From an uncultured candidate division Zixibacteria bacterium (GTDB taxonomy: Bacteria; Zixibacteria; MSB-5A5; GN15; PGXB01), in assembly GCA_963702205.1 (NCBI GenBank), contig OY969724.1, forward strand, positions 640,001 through 704,000: DNA of 64,000 nucleotides, written 5' to 3'. A model generated the notes under the pieces. It did no database searches and was not told the DNA's origin. It worked only from the letters and a program-made list of their open reading frames with translations. Both the position numbers and the translations under genes were made by a program. The stretch's first letter is position 1. Each line of letters starts with the position of its first letter. Shown in pieces: positions 62,880 to 64,000 of the stretch.

Positions 62880-62909
62880 GGAGGTGGGGGGTACAATACC
62901 CCCGTCCGA
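62880..62909 (-). other. tmRNA 3'-end mimic with a substituted 7-nt loop
   Basis: Minus strand TCGGACGGGGG-TATTGTA-CCCCCCACCTCC. Confidence 0.75.
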
Positions 62910-62944
62910 CTCGTAATCTATTGGATTATAATGAGTTATCTAAA

Positions 62945-63021
62945 TGGAGGTGGGGGGAATCGAACCCCATACTCGCGTTGTGGCACAAGGACTTACACCC
63001 TATTGTGACCAAATTGTGACC
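62945..63021 (-). repeat. 77-bp direct repeat, copy 2: tmRNA-like 3' fragment plus arm (att junction)
   Basis: TGGAGGTGGGGGGAATCGAACCCC + ATACTCGCGTTGTGGCACAAGGACTTACACCCTATTGTGACCAAATTGTGACC. Confidence 0.9.
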
Positions 63022-63111
63022 GTTTTTTCGCGAACTTGCGACTATCCGTATTGCCAGTGACAATGTCCCCACCCCAAGAGAACTGGATAGCAGCCCCCGC
63101 CGCATCTGGTA

Positions 63112-63780
63112 TCAGTTCTTAAGCATTCTGAGGAGAAAGAGATGTTGATTTCCCTGAATTACCGAAAGACGAAGGCCGACTCGAACACACAAATCCGAGA
63201 GTAGAGTCCTGCCTATATGAATCCAGCGGAATCCTGGTCCTTCTTTCTGCTTCCAAACCGGACACAGCCTAGTCGCCACAAACTTCTTTTGGGTCACTCT
63301 TCGCGCTATCACCAACACCTGGCCGTCGTCTTTCAGCAGCTTCGAGAGTTGTCTGAGCAGTCGCCTCGTCCCCTCCACCGAGCCGCCGATTCCGAGGCCG
63401 TTCCCCAGAAGTGTAATTGTGTCGTATTTCTCAGCTGTTAAAAAGGTGAAGATGTCGGCAGCCACGCAAGACTGGCAGCCAGCAATTCGAGCGACTTCTA
63501 TGACTTTTGGAGAAACGTCAATGCCAAGTACTTGTCCGCGATCGGCCAGTAATGGCAAGTAGTTGCCCGTGCCACAACCAACGTCCAGAATGTTGCCATG
63601 AGCCAGAGATATCAGTTTCCGTTCCATACCAGAGAGTTGCCCAGCTGTCCGAAAATATCTGCCTAAATCGACCTTAAACATCCTTCCGGAATTCTCCCTC
63701 AGGTAGAATGGCGACCTGTCTCCCCGTGAATAGGCCAGTAGAGCCTCCCCAAACACTTCCATCGATTGCTTTGCTGTCAT
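63112..63780 (-). CDS. class I SAM-dependent methyltransferase
   Basis: ILDVGCGTG, GIDVSP, YDTI.LLGN.LGI.G. Confidence 0.9.
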   Translation of the reverse strand: MTAKQSMEVFGEALLAYSRGDRSPFYLRENSGRMFKVDLGRYFRTAGQLSGMERKLISLAHGNILDVGCGTGNYLPLLADRGQVLGIDVSPKVIEVARIAGCQSCVAADIFTFLTAEKYDTITLLGNGLGIGGSVEGTRRLLRQLSKLLKDDGQVLVIARRVTQKKFVATRLCPVWKQKEGPGFRWIHIGRTLLSDLCVRVGLRLSVIQGNQHLFLLRMLKN

Positions 63781-63871
63781 TAATCCCTCATAACTTCTAT
63801 GTTTTCACTGCGCCGGTGTGCTCGCAGCAGAGCAAATAGGAACAGTAAGAAAGCTGTCCCTTTCACTTCTG

Positions 63872-64000
63872 TCATTCCGCCAAAACCAGCTGCAGTTCGT
63901 TCACATAGACCACCCTTTTGTCTCGATTGGCAATAAACGCCCGCAACATGTAAGTAATATCGGGGAGCACCTTGGCGGCGATAATTGGCTGGCCGTCCAC
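63872..64000 (-). CDS. possible 3' end of an unidentified gene entering from the right edge
   Basis: Open frame VDGQPIIAAKVLPDITYMLRAFIANRDKRVVYVNELQLVLAE*. Confidence 0.35.
   Translation of the reverse strand: MDGQPIIAAKVLPDITYMLRAFIANRDKRVVYVNELQLVLAE

Larger units (their letters stand above)
31507..62968. mobile_element. ~31.4-kb genomic island at tmRNA-like att sites, no recognisable integrase
   Basis: Bounded by the repeats; duplicates host PPP genes; contains gene remnants. Confidence 0.8.

Noticed and set aside
62810..63021. CRISPR array or integron attC interpretation of the short repeats
   Set aside because: No regularly spaced repeat-spacer units, no cas or intI gene, and no attC-type RYYYAAC...GTTRRRY hairpin seen.

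Overview
Bacterial window with three zones. (1) 1-24.6 kb: the 5' part of an RND efflux operon, a pentose-phosphate operon (glk-tkt-rpiB-tal/pgi-HAD-gnd-zwf-pgl; tkt and zwf each carry a 1-nt frameshift), a MarR-EmrAB-TolC efflux operon, an OmpR/histidine-kinase pair with a spondin-domain lipoprotein, and several envelope proteins. (2) 24.7-31.5 kb: mixed accessory genes (REP-like palindromes, beta-barrel OMP, PadR, MtfA, serine hydrolase, ECF sigma). (3) 31.5-63.0 kb: a ~31.4-kb island bounded by two 77-bp direct repeats (75/77 identical), each a tmRNA(ssrA)-like 3' end plus an arm carrying GTGACC(AAA) motifs. I recognise no integrase in it. Its cargo is a second oxidative PPP set, glgP-xfp-ackA-pgi, a P3A H+-ATPase, a mannose module, a dormancy/stress cluster (HPF, truncated baeRF3/Balon-like, BON, lmo0937-like), a NarL-type regulator with three shared palindromic promoter sites, a diadenylate cyclase and nhaA. 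The right junction looks like a complete attP between tandem sibling islands. It also holds a second ssrA-end mimic whose 7-nt T-loop is replaced by a sequence that reads as a -10 box. This is my best candidate for an undescribed system: a tandem ssrA-targeted, trans-mobilised cargo array. All family calls come from motif recognition by eye; no database searches were run.
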